Virus record (IMG/VR): IMGVR_UViG_3300027111_000004
Location: 1-40,689 of that record
From: a virus
DNA: 40,689 nucleotides
Reading direction: 5' to 3' (one strand)
In this document: piece after piece, positions 8,290 to 15,838 of the stretch
Layout: the number at the start of each line of letters is the position of its first letter
Position numbering within the stretch: the first letter of the stretch is position 1
Translations under genes and position numbers: made by a program
The notes under the pieces: model-generated
Databases searched by the model: none
Told to the model about the DNA's origin: nothing
What the model saw: the letters and a program-made list of their open reading frames with translations, nothing else

Positions 8290-8440
8290 GAAAAAGTCGG
8301 CGCGCCGATCGAGCAGTTAGCTGCTTTTGAATATCTGCAAGATTAGTCGTTCACTGGTACCGAAGGGCTTTAAAAGATCCGCTTTAAAGCTCAATAACCG
8401 TGCCATTTGTGCATGACGAGCTGACGAAATAGATATGCCT
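8290..8440. other. Candidate replication origin (oriR-like A/T-rich patch downstream of repA)
   Basis: This is the only A/T-rich stretch after repA. It has a GCTTTAAA(A)G direct repeat at 8367 and 8381 flanking a GATC, and a DnaA-box-like TGTGCATGA. Position matches IncFII oriR. Confidence 0.3.
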
Positions 8441-8793
8441 GCCCACTTCGCGCCTGGAGGCGCGGGGCAAGGAAACAGCTCTGCGGTCACCCCGCCGCCG
8501 TTCCTTCAGTGAGGCGCCTTCCAGTCGCTGTGGGACGTTCCAAGCTCGCGCTCGACTCAATCCCTGGTCGACGTCCCTTCGCTCCTTCACGCGCCGCCTG
8601 CGGCCAGTCGGTCGCGCAAGCGCTCCAGTGGTCAGGTCGGGGGCTGCCCTGCGTTCGGTGTTCTGCCTGTTGCCTCCGCGTTGCCTGTATCAGCGATTAC
8701 AGGCGACAGCGAAGGCCGTGGCCGCGCTCGGCGCTTGTCGCAGCTCTGGCGGCCTTGTGGTGCGTTTGGCGACTGGGCGCATAATGAGCGTAT

Positions 8794-8825
8794 TAACGAA
8801 ATAACGAATTGACGAATTAACGAAA
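8794..8825 (+). repeat. 8-bp periodic array 1 (4 units)
   Basis: TAACGAAA TAACGAAT TGACGAAT TAACGAAA. Confidence 0.9.
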
Positions 8826-8837
8826 CGCGAATAAGGT
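8809..8837 (+). promoter_or_regulatory. Putative promoter embedded in array 1
   Basis: TTGACG-17 nt-TAAGGT. The -35 is created by the TGACGAAT variant unit. It lies 50 bp upstream of ATG 8888. Confidence 0.35.
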
Positions 8838-8887
8838 TCGTCCCAAGGCCGGGCATTACGTCAAGGCCGCACTCCGGGATAAAACCG

Positions 8888-9202
8888 ATGACTAAACAAG
8901 CACCGCATGTGGTCGCTTTGAAAAAAGCGTTCTTCGATCGTTACGCAATTCAACTCAATGTTCGTATGGCTGGGGGGGCGCAGCGCGATTGCCTAGTGCT
9001 GGCGGTACCGGAATTTCGCAAGCTGCCCGAGGTCGACCGTGTGCAGTTGGTGGATATCGGTATCTGGCTAGAGGCTCAAGGCTACTATTCGTGCGAGGAT
9101 TACGGCCGCGTTGGGTTGCTGGCGTCCCCGTCTGGCTGGACGTGCTGGCATGGCGGGGCCTCGGTCAAGGTCAGGTACTGCCCTGATCGATTAACGAAAT
9201 AA
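8888..9202 (+). CDS. Hypothetical protein (104 aa)
   Basis: ORF preceded by array 1. Its last codons (R-L-T-K-stop) are encoded by array 2. Confidence 0.55.
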   Translation: MTKQAPHVVALKKAFFDRYAIQLNVRMAGGAQRDCLVLAVPEFRKLPEVDRVQLVDIGIWLEAQGYYSCEDYGRVGLLASPSGWTCWHGGASVKVRYCPDRLTK

Positions 9203-9223
9203 CGATTTAACGAAATAACGACA
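9192..9223 (+). repeat. 8-bp periodic array 2 (4 units)
   Basis: TAACGAAA TAACGATT TAACGAAA TAACGACA. Confidence 0.9.
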
Positions 9224-9224
9224 A

Positions 9225-9247
9225 CCGCCGGCACTGCCGGCGGTTTA
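9225..9247 (+). terminator. Hairpin after ORF 8888-9202
   Basis: CCGCCGGC-act-GCCGGCGG (8-bp perfect stem) followed by TTTA. The U-tract is weak. Confidence 0.4.
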
Positions 9248-9264
9248 GCATTGGAGGCTGATGG

Positions 9265-9678
9265 ATGTTTGCTTTGTTGCGGCGTGACGGGTCACGCGAG
9301 GAATTCGACGCGCCGGATATGTGGGAGGCGATGCGCGCAGCGCTGCGTCTGGACGCCGCTCAACTGGAAGTGCCGGGTGATCCCCCGCGTTCGATGACTG
9401 CTGACCAAGTGCGCCAGGAGCTGGCTCTGAATCGCCCCGGGTTGTTTGATGCTTTTGCGCCTGGGTGGATGCCTCCTACGGTTGAGGAATTCCGCGAGCT
9501 GTTGCGTGTGACCGGGTTGCCGGCAAGTGCGGCCGGGCTGCTGGTAGGTGTTTCACAGAAAAAGATCCGCAAGTGGGCCGGTGGCGAGGGGGACGTGCCT
9601 TACGCTGTCTGGCGCCTGCTGAGCATTTATGCCGGGCTGGCCAAGCCGTCAGTCCGTGGTGACGAATTAACGAAATAA
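9265..9678 (+). CDS. Hypothetical protein with a C-terminal XRE-type helix-turn-helix (137 aa)
   Basis: GGAGG RBS. EFRELLRVTGLPASAAGLLVGVSQKKIRKWAGGEGDVPYAVWRLL is HTH-like. The last codons (E-L-T-K-stop) are encoded by array 3. Confidence 0.6.
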   Translation: MFALLRRDGSREEFDAPDMWEAMRAALRLDAAQLEVPGDPPRSMTADQVRQELALNRPGLFDAFAPGWMPPTVEEFRELLRVTGLPASAAGLLVGVSQKKIRKWAGGEGDVPYAVWRLLSIYAGLAKPSVRGDELTK

Positions 9679-9699
9679 CGAATTGACGAATTAACGAAA
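9660..9699 (+). repeat. 8-bp periodic array 3 (5 units)
   Basis: TGACGAAT TAACGAAA TAACGAAT TGACGAAT TAACGAAA. Confidence 0.9.
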
Positions 9700-9711
9700 C
9701 GACTTTAAAGT
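9683..9711 (+). promoter_or_regulatory. Putative promoter embedded in array 3
   Basis: TTGACG-17 nt-TAAAGT. The layout matches that at 8809-8837. Confidence 0.4.
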
Positions 9712-9763
9712 CTGCTCCAAGGCCGGGCAATTTCCCGCCAAGGCCGCCCACCGGAGCAGACCG

Positions 9764-9964
9764 ATGACCACCGCGCAACAATCAGCCATGCAGGCCGTGG
9801 CCAACCAACTCCCAACTTCCCGTTTGATTGAGGCCGTCCGTTTTGTGGGTGGTGCCGTTTTGCCGCCCTCCGAAAACATGGCCCGTGCTGCATTACTGAC
9901 GTCCTATCAGGAGCGTGAAGGCGATGACGCGTTAGACGCGCTCATGGATGAAATCGGACTTTAA
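9764..9964 (+). CDS. Hypothetical protein (66 aa)
   Basis: ORF downstream of the duplicated array/promoter module. It is followed closely by the next gene's AAGGAG RBS. Confidence 0.5.
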   Translation: MTTAQQSAMQAVANQLPTSRLIEAVRFVGGAVLPPSENMARAALLTSYQEREGDDALDALMDEIGL

Positions 9965-9977
9965 AGGAGCGTTGGCC

Positions 9978-11345
9978 ATGGCCCGCAAGAAACCCGCTGC
10001 ACACCTCGCCCGTGACGAACGGCCGGAATTCCTCGCGCTGGTGGCTGAGCTGGCCGACGTGCCCGCCGAACAGTTCCCGGCGCTGGCCAAGCAGGCCGCC
10101 GAGCAGTACCACGATGCGGTACTGGCGGGCCACGTCGACGCGCTCGATCGGGCCGAAGATGCCTATACCGCACTGGTCTACAAGCTCAACGGTGACAGCC
10201 TTCGCGGTTGCAAGGCCGATGCCGACAGCGCCGGTCATGTGCTGGCCCGTGCGGTCGCGGCGCAGCCGGGGCAGGTGCCGGGCTGGGGGCAGGCGGGCGA
10301 GTTCCTGCTGGAGGTCGACGGTTTGCGGGTGTGGGTGGTGGTGCCCCATCACATGCTGGGTAATCACCGGTTTTGTGACTTTCGCGCGGTGGATCTGGAC
10401 AAGCCGTTTGTCTCCGAAACCGGATACCGGTCCGTGACCCTGACCGCGACGTCGAGCATTGGCGAAACCGTGGATCAGGCTGCGCGCCGCGAGGTGCTGG
10501 AGTTGATCCAGGCGGCGGGCAAACTCAAAACGATCGAGGGCGAGTATGTCGATCGCCGGGGTGCAGACAAGCGCCCGGCATGGCTGGTCGACGCATTGGC
10601 CGGCGTGCGCGCTGACGGTCAGTTGGCCATGTTCGGTGATGCCCCTAAAGACCCGAATGCCAAGGCGCCCTTGACCAACGCCCAGCGGCAGAAAGCCTTT
10701 CGCGAGCGCAAGCGCGCCGAAAAGGAGGCTGCCAAAGAGGAAGGGCTGGTGTCGTTGTCGCTGGGGCGTGATGACCTCAGCTATATGTGGTGGGCCATGA
10801 GCGTGTTTCTGACTGCGCGGCGCGACCTTGAACACCTCAAGCAACCGTATGTGCGCGAGCGGCTGGCCAAGATTTTTGGCGGGTTGCCTTTCTGGACGCC
10901 CGATGCGATCGAAAAGCTGGATCAGGATCAAGGGATTTTGAACGGCGAAAAGCGCGTGGAATCAGAGCGCAAGCGCGGTTGGGAGGAATACGAGAAGTAC
11001 CGCAAGATCGCCGCCGCCCAGGGCAAGGAGCTGGCCGAGGCGCGGGCGGAAATCGAGCGCCTGAAAAACGGCTTGCAGGCGATAGCGGCCGAAGTCAGTG
11101 GCACGCCGGCGCCGATCGGGGCGGCAGTATCGGCCGCCGTGCCCAAGGCTGACGAGGTGGCCACGTTGCGCCGTCAGGTCGCGGCGCTGGAGCGTGAAAA
11201 CGCCCTGCTCGAAAGCGAGCGCAACAAGGCGCACATGGCGATCGGTACATGGGAGCAGCGTCTGCGCGCGGCCGGCCAGTCGACCGACTACCGTGCGTTG
11301 CCGGGCGAACCGGGTCACGTTACCGTAACGCCGGACAAGGATTGA
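9978..11345 (+). CDS. Hypothetical protein (455 aa) with a basic segment and a C-terminal coiled coil
   Basis: AAGGAG RBS 9 nt before ATG 9978. It has a basic motif LTNAQRQKAFRERKRAEKEAAKEE and heptad-like ELAEARAEIERLKNGL...LRRQVAALERENALLESE. Confidence 0.7.
   Translation: MARKKPAAHLARDERPEFLALVAELADVPAEQFPALAKQAAEQYHDAVLAGHVDALDRAEDAYTALVYKLNGDSLRGCKADADSAGHVLARAVAAQPGQVPGWGQAGEFLLEVDGLRVWVVVPHHMLGNHRFCDFRAVDLDKPFVSETGYRSVTLTATSSIGETVDQAARREVLELIQAAGKLKTIEGEYVDRRGADKRPAWLVDALAGVRADGQLAMFGDAPKDPNAKAPLTNAQRQKAFRERKRAEKEAAKEEGLVSLSLGRDDLSYMWWAMSVFLTARRDLEHLKQPYVRERLAKIFGGLPFWTPDAIEKLDQDQGILNGEKRVESERKRGWEEYEKYRKIAAAQGKELAEARAEIERLKNGLQAIAAEVSGTPAPIGAAVSAAVPKADEVATLRRQVAALERENALLESERNKAHMAIGTWEQRLRAAGQSTDYRALPGEPGHVTVTPDKD
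11318..11330. repeat. Dispersed palindrome copy
   Basis: CGTTAC-C-GTAACG inside the 3' end of 9978-11345 (codons H-V-T-V-T-P). Confidence 0.9.
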
Positions 11346-11349
11346 GCTG

Positions 11350-12000
11350 ATGACCGATGAACACGACAGCGAATCGGGCGCGGTTTTCGACGATTGGCAG
11401 CCGCTGACCGATGCTGAGGTGCGCGCCGGCGCGCGGCCGGGCGAAAGCTGGGCGCAGGCCCGCCGCCGCTTGGAAGGCTTGAGCAAGGCCGAGACGGCCG
11501 TCGGGCTTTCGCAGTGGTGGCACGATCGCCGGCCGGAGTATTTGCAGCCGCGTGCGTCGTTGCCGCGCGGGTTGCGCGATCCGGCCCAGTTGGCGGCGCA
11601 GTTGGCCGACTGGCAGGCGTATCACCGTCTGAGTTCGCGCGAGCGCTTCAACCTGCGCAACCCCGGCGTGCGTTGGCCGACCTATGACGAGTTGCTGGCC
11701 AGCCCGTTGGCTGATGCGCCGCGCGACTGGGTGGCCTGCGCCGAGCGCCTGCCGCACACCCACAACACGGCGCTGCGTTATCTGGTCCACACCGCGCATG
11801 ATCAGCGCGTGACGCTGGTGCGTTATGCCGGCAATGGCATGTGGTCGCGGGTCAGTGACGGGACGTTTATCAGCCGTGCCCGGCATTGGCGGGTTGCCCT
11901 GGAGCATGAGCAGGCGCAGGGCGAGCGCTCGGCCACTCGCGACGAGTGTTATCTGCTGGCCCGCCTGAGCCGGCTGCACGGGCGCTGCCCGTTTGCGTGA
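11350..12000 (+). CDS. Hypothetical protein (216 aa)
   Basis: ATG lies 4 nt after the upstream stop, so the genes are tightly packed. No confident motif. Confidence 0.6.
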   Translation: MTDEHDSESGAVFDDWQPLTDAEVRAGARPGESWAQARRRLEGLSKAETAVGLSQWWHDRRPEYLQPRASLPRGLRDPAQLAAQLADWQAYHRLSSRERFNLRNPGVRWPTYDELLASPLADAPRDWVACAERLPHTHNTALRYLVHTAHDQRVTLVRYAGNGMWSRVSDGTFISRARHWRVALEHEQAQGERSATRDECYLLARLSRLHGRCPFA

Positions 12001-12041
12001 CGGTGTTGGTCGTCTCTTCTATTACTGCAAGGAATTCCCCC

Positions 12042-12482
12042 ATGATCGAGCAGCCCCCGAAATTCCCCGACAACCCCAACCATGCCAACGGTACGTGTGA
12101 AGACTGCGGCGCGCCGTGTCAGGTCTACGGTTGCCGCTGGTGCCCGGCCTGTTACGACGCCGGCAGTGCGCGGATCCGCGACAGCGGGCGCCTGTCCCTG
12201 GTGCAGACGGCGGCCGAATGGGCGGCCTCGTTCAAGCCGCTGAGCGCGCCGATCGACACTCAGGCGCCGCCGGCGCCGTGGCAGCGCGAGGCGTTGGCCG
12301 CCGTGGTCCGGCCGGCGCTGGAACGGCTGGCCGGGCTGCCGCTGGTGGTCGATGACAACGTGCCGGCCGCGAGCGTGCTGGTGTGGTCGGCGCGCACGGG
12401 GCGCACGCCGGAGCAGGTCCGCGCGGTGTGCCTGCTGCTCGATGACGTCGACGCAGACGAGGCGCCGCCATGCCAGCCTTGA
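12042..12482 (+). CDS. Hypothetical Cys-rich (zinc-ribbon-like) protein (146 aa)
   Basis: AAGGA RBS. The N-terminus reads CEDCGAPCQVYGCRWCPAC. Confidence 0.6.
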   Translation: MIEQPPKFPDNPNHANGTCEDCGAPCQVYGCRWCPACYDAGSARIRDSGRLSLVQTAAEWAASFKPLSAPIDTQAPPAPWQREALAAVVRPALERLAGLPLVVDDNVPAASVLVWSARTGRTPEQVRAVCLLLDDVDADEAPPCQP

Positions 12483-12829
12483 GCGAGGTGCTGGACGTCG
12501 GCCCGCTGCTGTCGCTGGATGACGTGCTGAACATCCGCGACGCGGCGACCTATCTGGTGCGCGTCGAGGGCGAGAGCATGCAGGGGGCCGGCATTTTCGA
12601 CGGTGACCTGCTGGTGGTGAACAAGGGGCTGGAGCCGGTGCGCGGGCAGATCGTGATTGCCGTGGTCAACGGTGAGCCGCTGTGCAAGCGCCTGGACTTT
12701 TGCGCCCAAGGCCCGGTGCTGCGTTCGGAGAACCCGCGTTTCCCGCCGCGTTACGTGCTGGAGGGCGAGGATTTTTCCGTGTGGGGCGTGGTGACGCACA
12801 GCGTGCGCAGCCATGTTCACCGTGTTTGA
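12470..12829 (+). CDS. umuD: UmuD'-like S24 peptidase-fold protein (119 aa), with no HTH domain and no N-terminal cleavable arm
   Basis: ATYLVRVEGESMQGAGIFDGDLLVVNKGLEPVRGQIVIAVVNGEPLCKRL...FSVWGVVTHSVRS aligns by eye with E. coli UmuD ([26 protein letters not shown]...GDIVIAAVDGEFTVKKL...VFGVVIHVVK), starting after the UmuD cleavage site. Confidence 0.8.
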   Translation: MPALSEVLDVGPLLSLDDVLNIRDAATYLVRVEGESMQGAGIFDGDLLVVNKGLEPVRGQIVIAVVNGEPLCKRLDFCAQGPVLRSENPRFPPRYVLEGEDFSVWGVVTHSVRSHVHRV

Positions 12830-12929
12830 GTCGCTGGCCATGCTGGCCGGCAACTTCGGAAGCGTCCGACATATTCGCGCGACGTGCGCCGCTACACTCG
12901 CCGTTTTCTACCAGACAGGAGTCCCAAGC

Positions 12930-13142
12930 ATGCACCAGACGCCATCGGCCCCCCGGGGTTATCAGCTGATCGACGGCCCGCTGGCCGGCAATTTTTCCGC
13001 CTGTGAGGGTCAGCAGTTCGCCGTGGTGGTCGGTCAGCCGCCGCTACAAACGCAGGTCATTTACCGGCGCAGCCAGCACGACGGCCAGACCGTCTGGCGT
13101 TGTGGCGTTGAGCCGTGCCTTTCCCCTGATGAGCCGAACTGA
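12930..13142 (+). CDS. Small protein, paralog 1 of a 3-member tandem family (70 aa)
   Basis: Shared motif: LIDGPLAG...C......F.VV.G.......Y......G..VWRCG. Confidence 0.6.
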   Translation: MHQTPSAPRGYQLIDGPLAGNFSACEGQQFAVVVGQPPLQTQVIYRRSQHDGQTVWRCGVEPCLSPDEPN

Positions 13143-13156
13143 AAGGAATCCCCACC

Positions 13157-13375
13157 ATGACGACCGAACAACGCCGCGACCCGCTGCAATCCTTTGAGGT
13201 GATCGACGGCCCGCGCGCCGGCGAGTGGTTTGCCTGTGAGCGTGACAACTTCGACGTGCTGACCGGTGACCCCACCAACGGCACCGAGGCGCGTTACACG
13301 TACCACCTGACCCGAGAGGGTGACGGGCATGTCTGGCGGTGCGGTATCAAGACGGCCGCGCGCCGTCCGGACTGA
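13157..13375 (+). CDS. Small protein, paralog 2 (72 aa)
   Basis: VIDGPRAGEWFACERDNFDVLTGD...YTYHLTREGDGHVWRCG. GAAAGGAA RBS. Confidence 0.6.
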   Translation: MTTEQRRDPLQSFEVIDGPRAGEWFACERDNFDVLTGDPTNGTEARYTYHLTREGDGHVWRCGIKTAARRPD

Positions 13376-13381
13376 CCCGGC

Positions 13382-13395
13382 CGTTACCCGTAACG
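13382..13395. repeat. Dispersed palindrome copy
   Basis: CGTTAC-CC-GTAACG, intergenic between paralog genes 2 and 3. Confidence 0.9.
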
Positions 13396-13420
13396 AATCC
13401 CCCTGAAAGGAACCCGATTT

Positions 13421-13639
13421 ATGTTGACCGAACAGCCGTTCCCGCAAGTGCGCACCACCGTGCGCGATCCGATGAAAACGCTGATGGTGATCGACGGCCC
13501 GCTACAGGGGCAGGAGGTCGGCGCTGCGCATGACTGCTTTGAAGCCTTTGATGTGCTGACCGGCGAATCGCTGAAGGTCTGGTATCGCCTGAAGGCCCAG
13601 GGTGAGGATTTTGTGTGGTCATGCGCCGCGAGGGAGTGA
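13421..13639 (+). CDS. Small protein, paralog 3 (72 aa)
   Basis: VIDGPLQGQEVGAAHDCFEAFDVLTGESLKVWYRLKAQGEDFVWSC. GAAAGGAA RBS. Confidence 0.6.
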   Translation: MLTEQPFPQVRTTVRDPMKTLMVIDGPLQGQEVGAAHDCFEAFDVLTGESLKVWYRLKAQGEDFVWSCAARE

Positions 13640-13643
13640 CCGC

Positions 13644-13659
13644 GCGTTACCAATAACGC
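13644..13659. repeat. Dispersed palindrome copy (one arm mismatch)
   Basis: GCGTTAC-CA-ATAACGC, just after the stop of 13421-13639. Confidence 0.8.
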
Positions 13660-13673
13660 CGTTTATGTAAAAC

Positions 13674-13712
13674 GACCCCCACCAGTCAGGCGACCGGCGG
13701 GGGTCTTTTTTT
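13674..13712 (+). terminator. Rho-independent terminator
   Basis: GACCCCC...GGGGGTC stem followed by TTTTTTT. Confidence 0.65.
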
Positions 13713-13724
13713 ACGTCTGCGGTT

Positions 13725-13763
13725 CCCACTTTGCGCATAAGTGGGTGCCCACTTTGCTATCAT
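13725..13763 (+). promoter_or_regulatory. Operator repeats plus an extended -10 promoter for the 13812-16146 operon
   Basis: CCCACTT-tgcgcat-AAGTGGG inverted repeat. CCCACTTTGC is a direct repeat (13725, 13748). TGcTATCAT is an extended -10 at 13755-13763. Confidence 0.45.
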
Positions 13764-13811
13764 CTGGTTTTACGCAATACCCGCCCATTACTCGCAAAGG
13801 AGAACCCCGGC

Positions 13812-13991
13812 ATGGCGACCATCGCCGAAATCCGTCAGATGCTCGAAAAGGGCGAGCCGGTAACGATGCAGCGCCGCTATGTGGCTGCCGTGCTGGAAGG
13901 GCTGGCCGCGCAGCCGCGAGGCACCGAACAGTTCCGCGTCGTGCCCCTGCCCAACAACATGAGCGAAATCATTCTGGAGCGCCGAGGCTAG
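13812..13991 (+). CDS. Hypothetical small protein (59 aa)
   Basis: AAGGAGAA RBS before ATG 13812. It is the first gene after the promoter/operator. Confidence 0.55.
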   Translation: MATIAEIRQMLEKGEPVTMQRRYVAAVLEGLAAQPRGTEQFRVVPLPNNMSEIILERRG

Positions 13992-14045
13992 CGCTGTGAC
14001 GGTATGACGGTCGCCAGTAATGCGGCGCCGTCTGGCCCAACTGAG

Positions 14046-14095
14046 CGGCGCGTGACGCGTCACAACCTACGAAAGAAAGGAGATTCAACGCGATG
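14046..14095 (+). repeat. Repeated leader element, copy A (24-nt exact core with palindrome GTGACGCGTCAC, plus a shared RBS block)
   Basis: CGGCGCGTGACGCGTCACAACCTA ... AAGGAGATTCA.CGC.ATG. The same element recurs at 14479-14527. Confidence 0.9.
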
Positions 14096-14488
14096 AAAAA
14101 CAGCCACGGCCTCGACGTCGATTACTTCAGCCGCAAGATGGAGCGCATGCTGAACGGCGCGGGCAGCTACACCCGCGAGGAATGGGCACGCGAGTGCGCG
14201 CGCATGGCCAAGGTCGCCGATCCGGCGGTGCTGCTGGAGGCCGAGTTTGTCGGCGAGCCGGCACCGTTTGCCGGCAAGGTCGTCAGCAAGTTACAGCGGT
14301 TTTGGGCCTGCGCCGAAGACAACCAGGGCGCCGATATCGGCCGCCACTGGTTCGACCTGCTGACGCGGTTGGGTTTGTTGAACCGCGTGCAACGCAGCCC
14401 GGCGCTGTGGGAGCTGTCGCAGCAAGGCGAGGATCTGCTGGAGGCCGAGCGGGTGCGTGCGGTTCTTCTGGAAAAGTCCGGCGCGTGA
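14093..14488 (+). CDS. Hypothetical protein (131 aa)
   Basis: AAGGAG RBS within repeated leader A. No motif recognised. Confidence 0.65.
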   Translation: MKNSHGLDVDYFSRKMERMLNGAGSYTREEWARECARMAKVADPAVLLEAEFVGEPAPFAGKVVSKLQRFWACAEDNQGADIGRHWFDLLTRLGLLNRVQRSPALWELSQQGEDLLEAERVRAVLLEKSGA

Positions 14489-14527
14489 CGCGTCACAACC
14501 TATCGAGATAAGGAGATTCACCGCATG
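14479..14527 (+). repeat. Repeated leader element, copy B
   Basis: Has the same 24-nt core and the AAGGAGATTCA block as 14046-14095. The palindrome GTGACGCGTCAC (14485-14496) contains the TGA stop of the upstream gene. Confidence 0.9.
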
Positions 14528-14836
14528 AACACCCCTGATTTGATCCTGCCGCGCGTCGCCGTCGAAGGCGACGAGCTGGTGATTCGCATCACCCTCGACA
14601 TGCTCTGTCACTCCGTGACCATGGGCGACAACTGGCCAACCCACGGCGACGGCACGTCGGCCGCCACCATCGTCGACCGCGAGCTGTTCGCCCAGGAGCT
14701 GACCGGCGAGCTGCTGCGCGAAGACGAGCAGGGCGCCACGCCGTTGCTGCGCCTGTTTGACGACATGGCCCTGGAAGTGCTCGAGCAGAGCGGCGAGTCG
14801 ATCGAGCTGCACGAAGACGAGGACGACGACCAATGA
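14525..14836 (+). CDS. Hypothetical strongly acidic protein (103 aa)
   Basis: AAGGAG RBS in leader B. About a quarter of residues are Asp/Glu. The C-terminus is ELHEDEDDDQ. Confidence 0.65.
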   Translation: MNTPDLILPRVAVEGDELVIRITLDMLCHSVTMGDNWPTHGDGTSAATIVDRELFAQELTGELLREDEQGATPLLRLFDDMALEVLEQSGESIELHEDEDDDQ

Positions 14837-15171
14837 GCGGCCCGACGAATGTAGATGTGCCGGCGTGGCGTTGCCTGTCGAACCTTCTGGCTCTGGCCGA
14901 TCGCATGGACAACCCGCCGGCGGCCGCGCCGCTGGGCGCGTATTGGGTGGGTGAGCATGACGTCTATGCCGCGCACTCGCCCGAGCAGGCGCTGGAGCTG
15001 TGCGAAGGGCATTCGGGCATGCCCGACACCTTCGACATGGACGACGTGCGCGAGGTCAGTGCCGAGGATCTGGACAAGCCCATGGTGGAAGAGGACGGCA
15101 CGCCGTGCGGCAGCATGCGCACGTTGCTGGCCGCCATGACCGCGCCGGGCGAACTGGTGAGTTTCGAATGA
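14833..15171 (+). CDS. Hypothetical acidic protein (112 aa)
   Basis: ATGA start/stop overlap with the upstream gene. Confidence 0.6.
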   Translation: MSGPTNVDVPAWRCLSNLLALADRMDNPPAAAPLGAYWVGEHDVYAAHSPEQALELCEGHSGMPDTFDMDDVREVSAEDLDKPMVEEDGTPCGSMRTLLAAMTAPGELVSFE

Positions 15172-15593
15172 GCGGCCAAGCGAAGGTGTGCACGGCCACG
15201 AACGTGACCCTGTACGTCGACGGAGAAGAGTTGCCGTCGGTGGCCATCGGTTCGGCGCCGATCGGTCATGCTCCGCTGTTTACCGGCGTGATCGAGCTGG
15301 GCGGCCGGCTGTCGGCGGTGACGCTCGGGGAGGCTGACCCACTGTTGCCGGCGGTCGCGCGCTGGGTCGCGGCGCGGCCCTTCACCGGCCCCGGGGCAGT
15401 TCGGCGGCGGTTCGGCGTCGGCCTGCATCGAGCGCGCCGGCTGCTGACGGTGCTGGTCGAGCGGCGGCTGTTGCGTGGCCACTGGTGCCGGGTGGCGTCG
15501 ATCGCCTTTGTGGCCGGCAGTGAGGAATGGGCCTTTCGCATCTACCGGGTGCAGCCGTGGGCATGGGCGGATCTGCAAGGCGGTGCGTTATGA
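15168..15593 (+). CDS. Hypothetical protein with an FtsK-gamma-like winged-helix segment (141 aa)
   Basis: ATGA overlap. DPLLPAVARWVAARPFTGPGAVRRRFGVGLHRARRLLTVLVERRLL parallels the FtsK gamma domain (DPLFDQAVQFV....[30 protein letters not shown]). Confidence 0.55.
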   Translation: MSGQAKVCTATNVTLYVDGEELPSVAIGSAPIGHAPLFTGVIELGGRLSAVTLGEADPLLPAVARWVAARPFTGPGAVRRRFGVGLHRARRLLTVLVERRLLRGHWCRVASIAFVAGSEEWAFRIYRVQPWAWADLQGGAL

Positions 15594-15600
15594 GTAACGC
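15585..15600. repeat. Dispersed palindrome copy (one arm mismatch)
   Basis: GCGTTAT-GA-GTAACGC. It spans the ATGA stop/start overlap at 15590-15593. Confidence 0.8.
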
Positions 15601-15838
15601 GATTATCGGCATCGCCTTGCCGGCCAACGTGGTCGACGTGGTCCGGTGGATGCTTGAGGATCTGAGCCGGGCGCCGAACGAGCTTTCGGTGGCATATAAG
15701 CTGGGTGAGCTGCAAGGGGCCATAATGACTTTGGAGCGCTTGCAGCGTCTGAGCCGTGCCAATGCCGGGCGGCTCTGCCAGCATGCGAATGGTGTGGCCA
15801 GGCAGCGCGAGGTCGCGCTACAGGAGAAGCCGCAATGA
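15590..15838 (+). CDS. Hypothetical protein (82 aa)
   Basis: ATGA overlap with the upstream gene. Confidence 0.55.
   Translation: MSNAIIGIALPANVVDVVRWMLEDLSRAPNELSVAYKLGELQGAIMTLERLQRLSRANAGRLCQHANGVARQREVALQEKPQ

Noticed and set aside
8509-8784. 91-aa ORF in the GC-rich gap after repA
   Set aside because: It has no RBS, and its Arg/Cys/Ala-rich product is implausible. I treat the region as non-coding and report it as a finding instead.
8794-9699. The repeat arrays considered as a CRISPR array
   Set aside because: The units are 8 bp, directly abutting without spacers, and there are no cas genes. The architecture fits centromere/operator repeats.
9942-10931. 329-aa minus-strand ORF. Similar long antisense ORFs occur at 20678-21631, 30780-31988, 14291-14833 and 39115-39786.
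   Set aside because: All are antisense to better-supported plus-strand genes and are Arg/Gly/His-rich. These are GC-driven open frames.
14052-14063. GTGACGCGTCAC considered as a matS (MatP) site
   Set aside because: matS is GTGAC-N3-GTCAC (13 bp), while these sites have a 2-nt spacer. I report them only as a variant of the element's own palindrome family.
14004-14096. 30-codon ORF running through repeated leader A and ending in an ATGA overlap with gene 14093
   Set aside because: The same frame is closed (TAA) in the duplicated leader B. The conservation is therefore at the nucleotide level, not the protein level.
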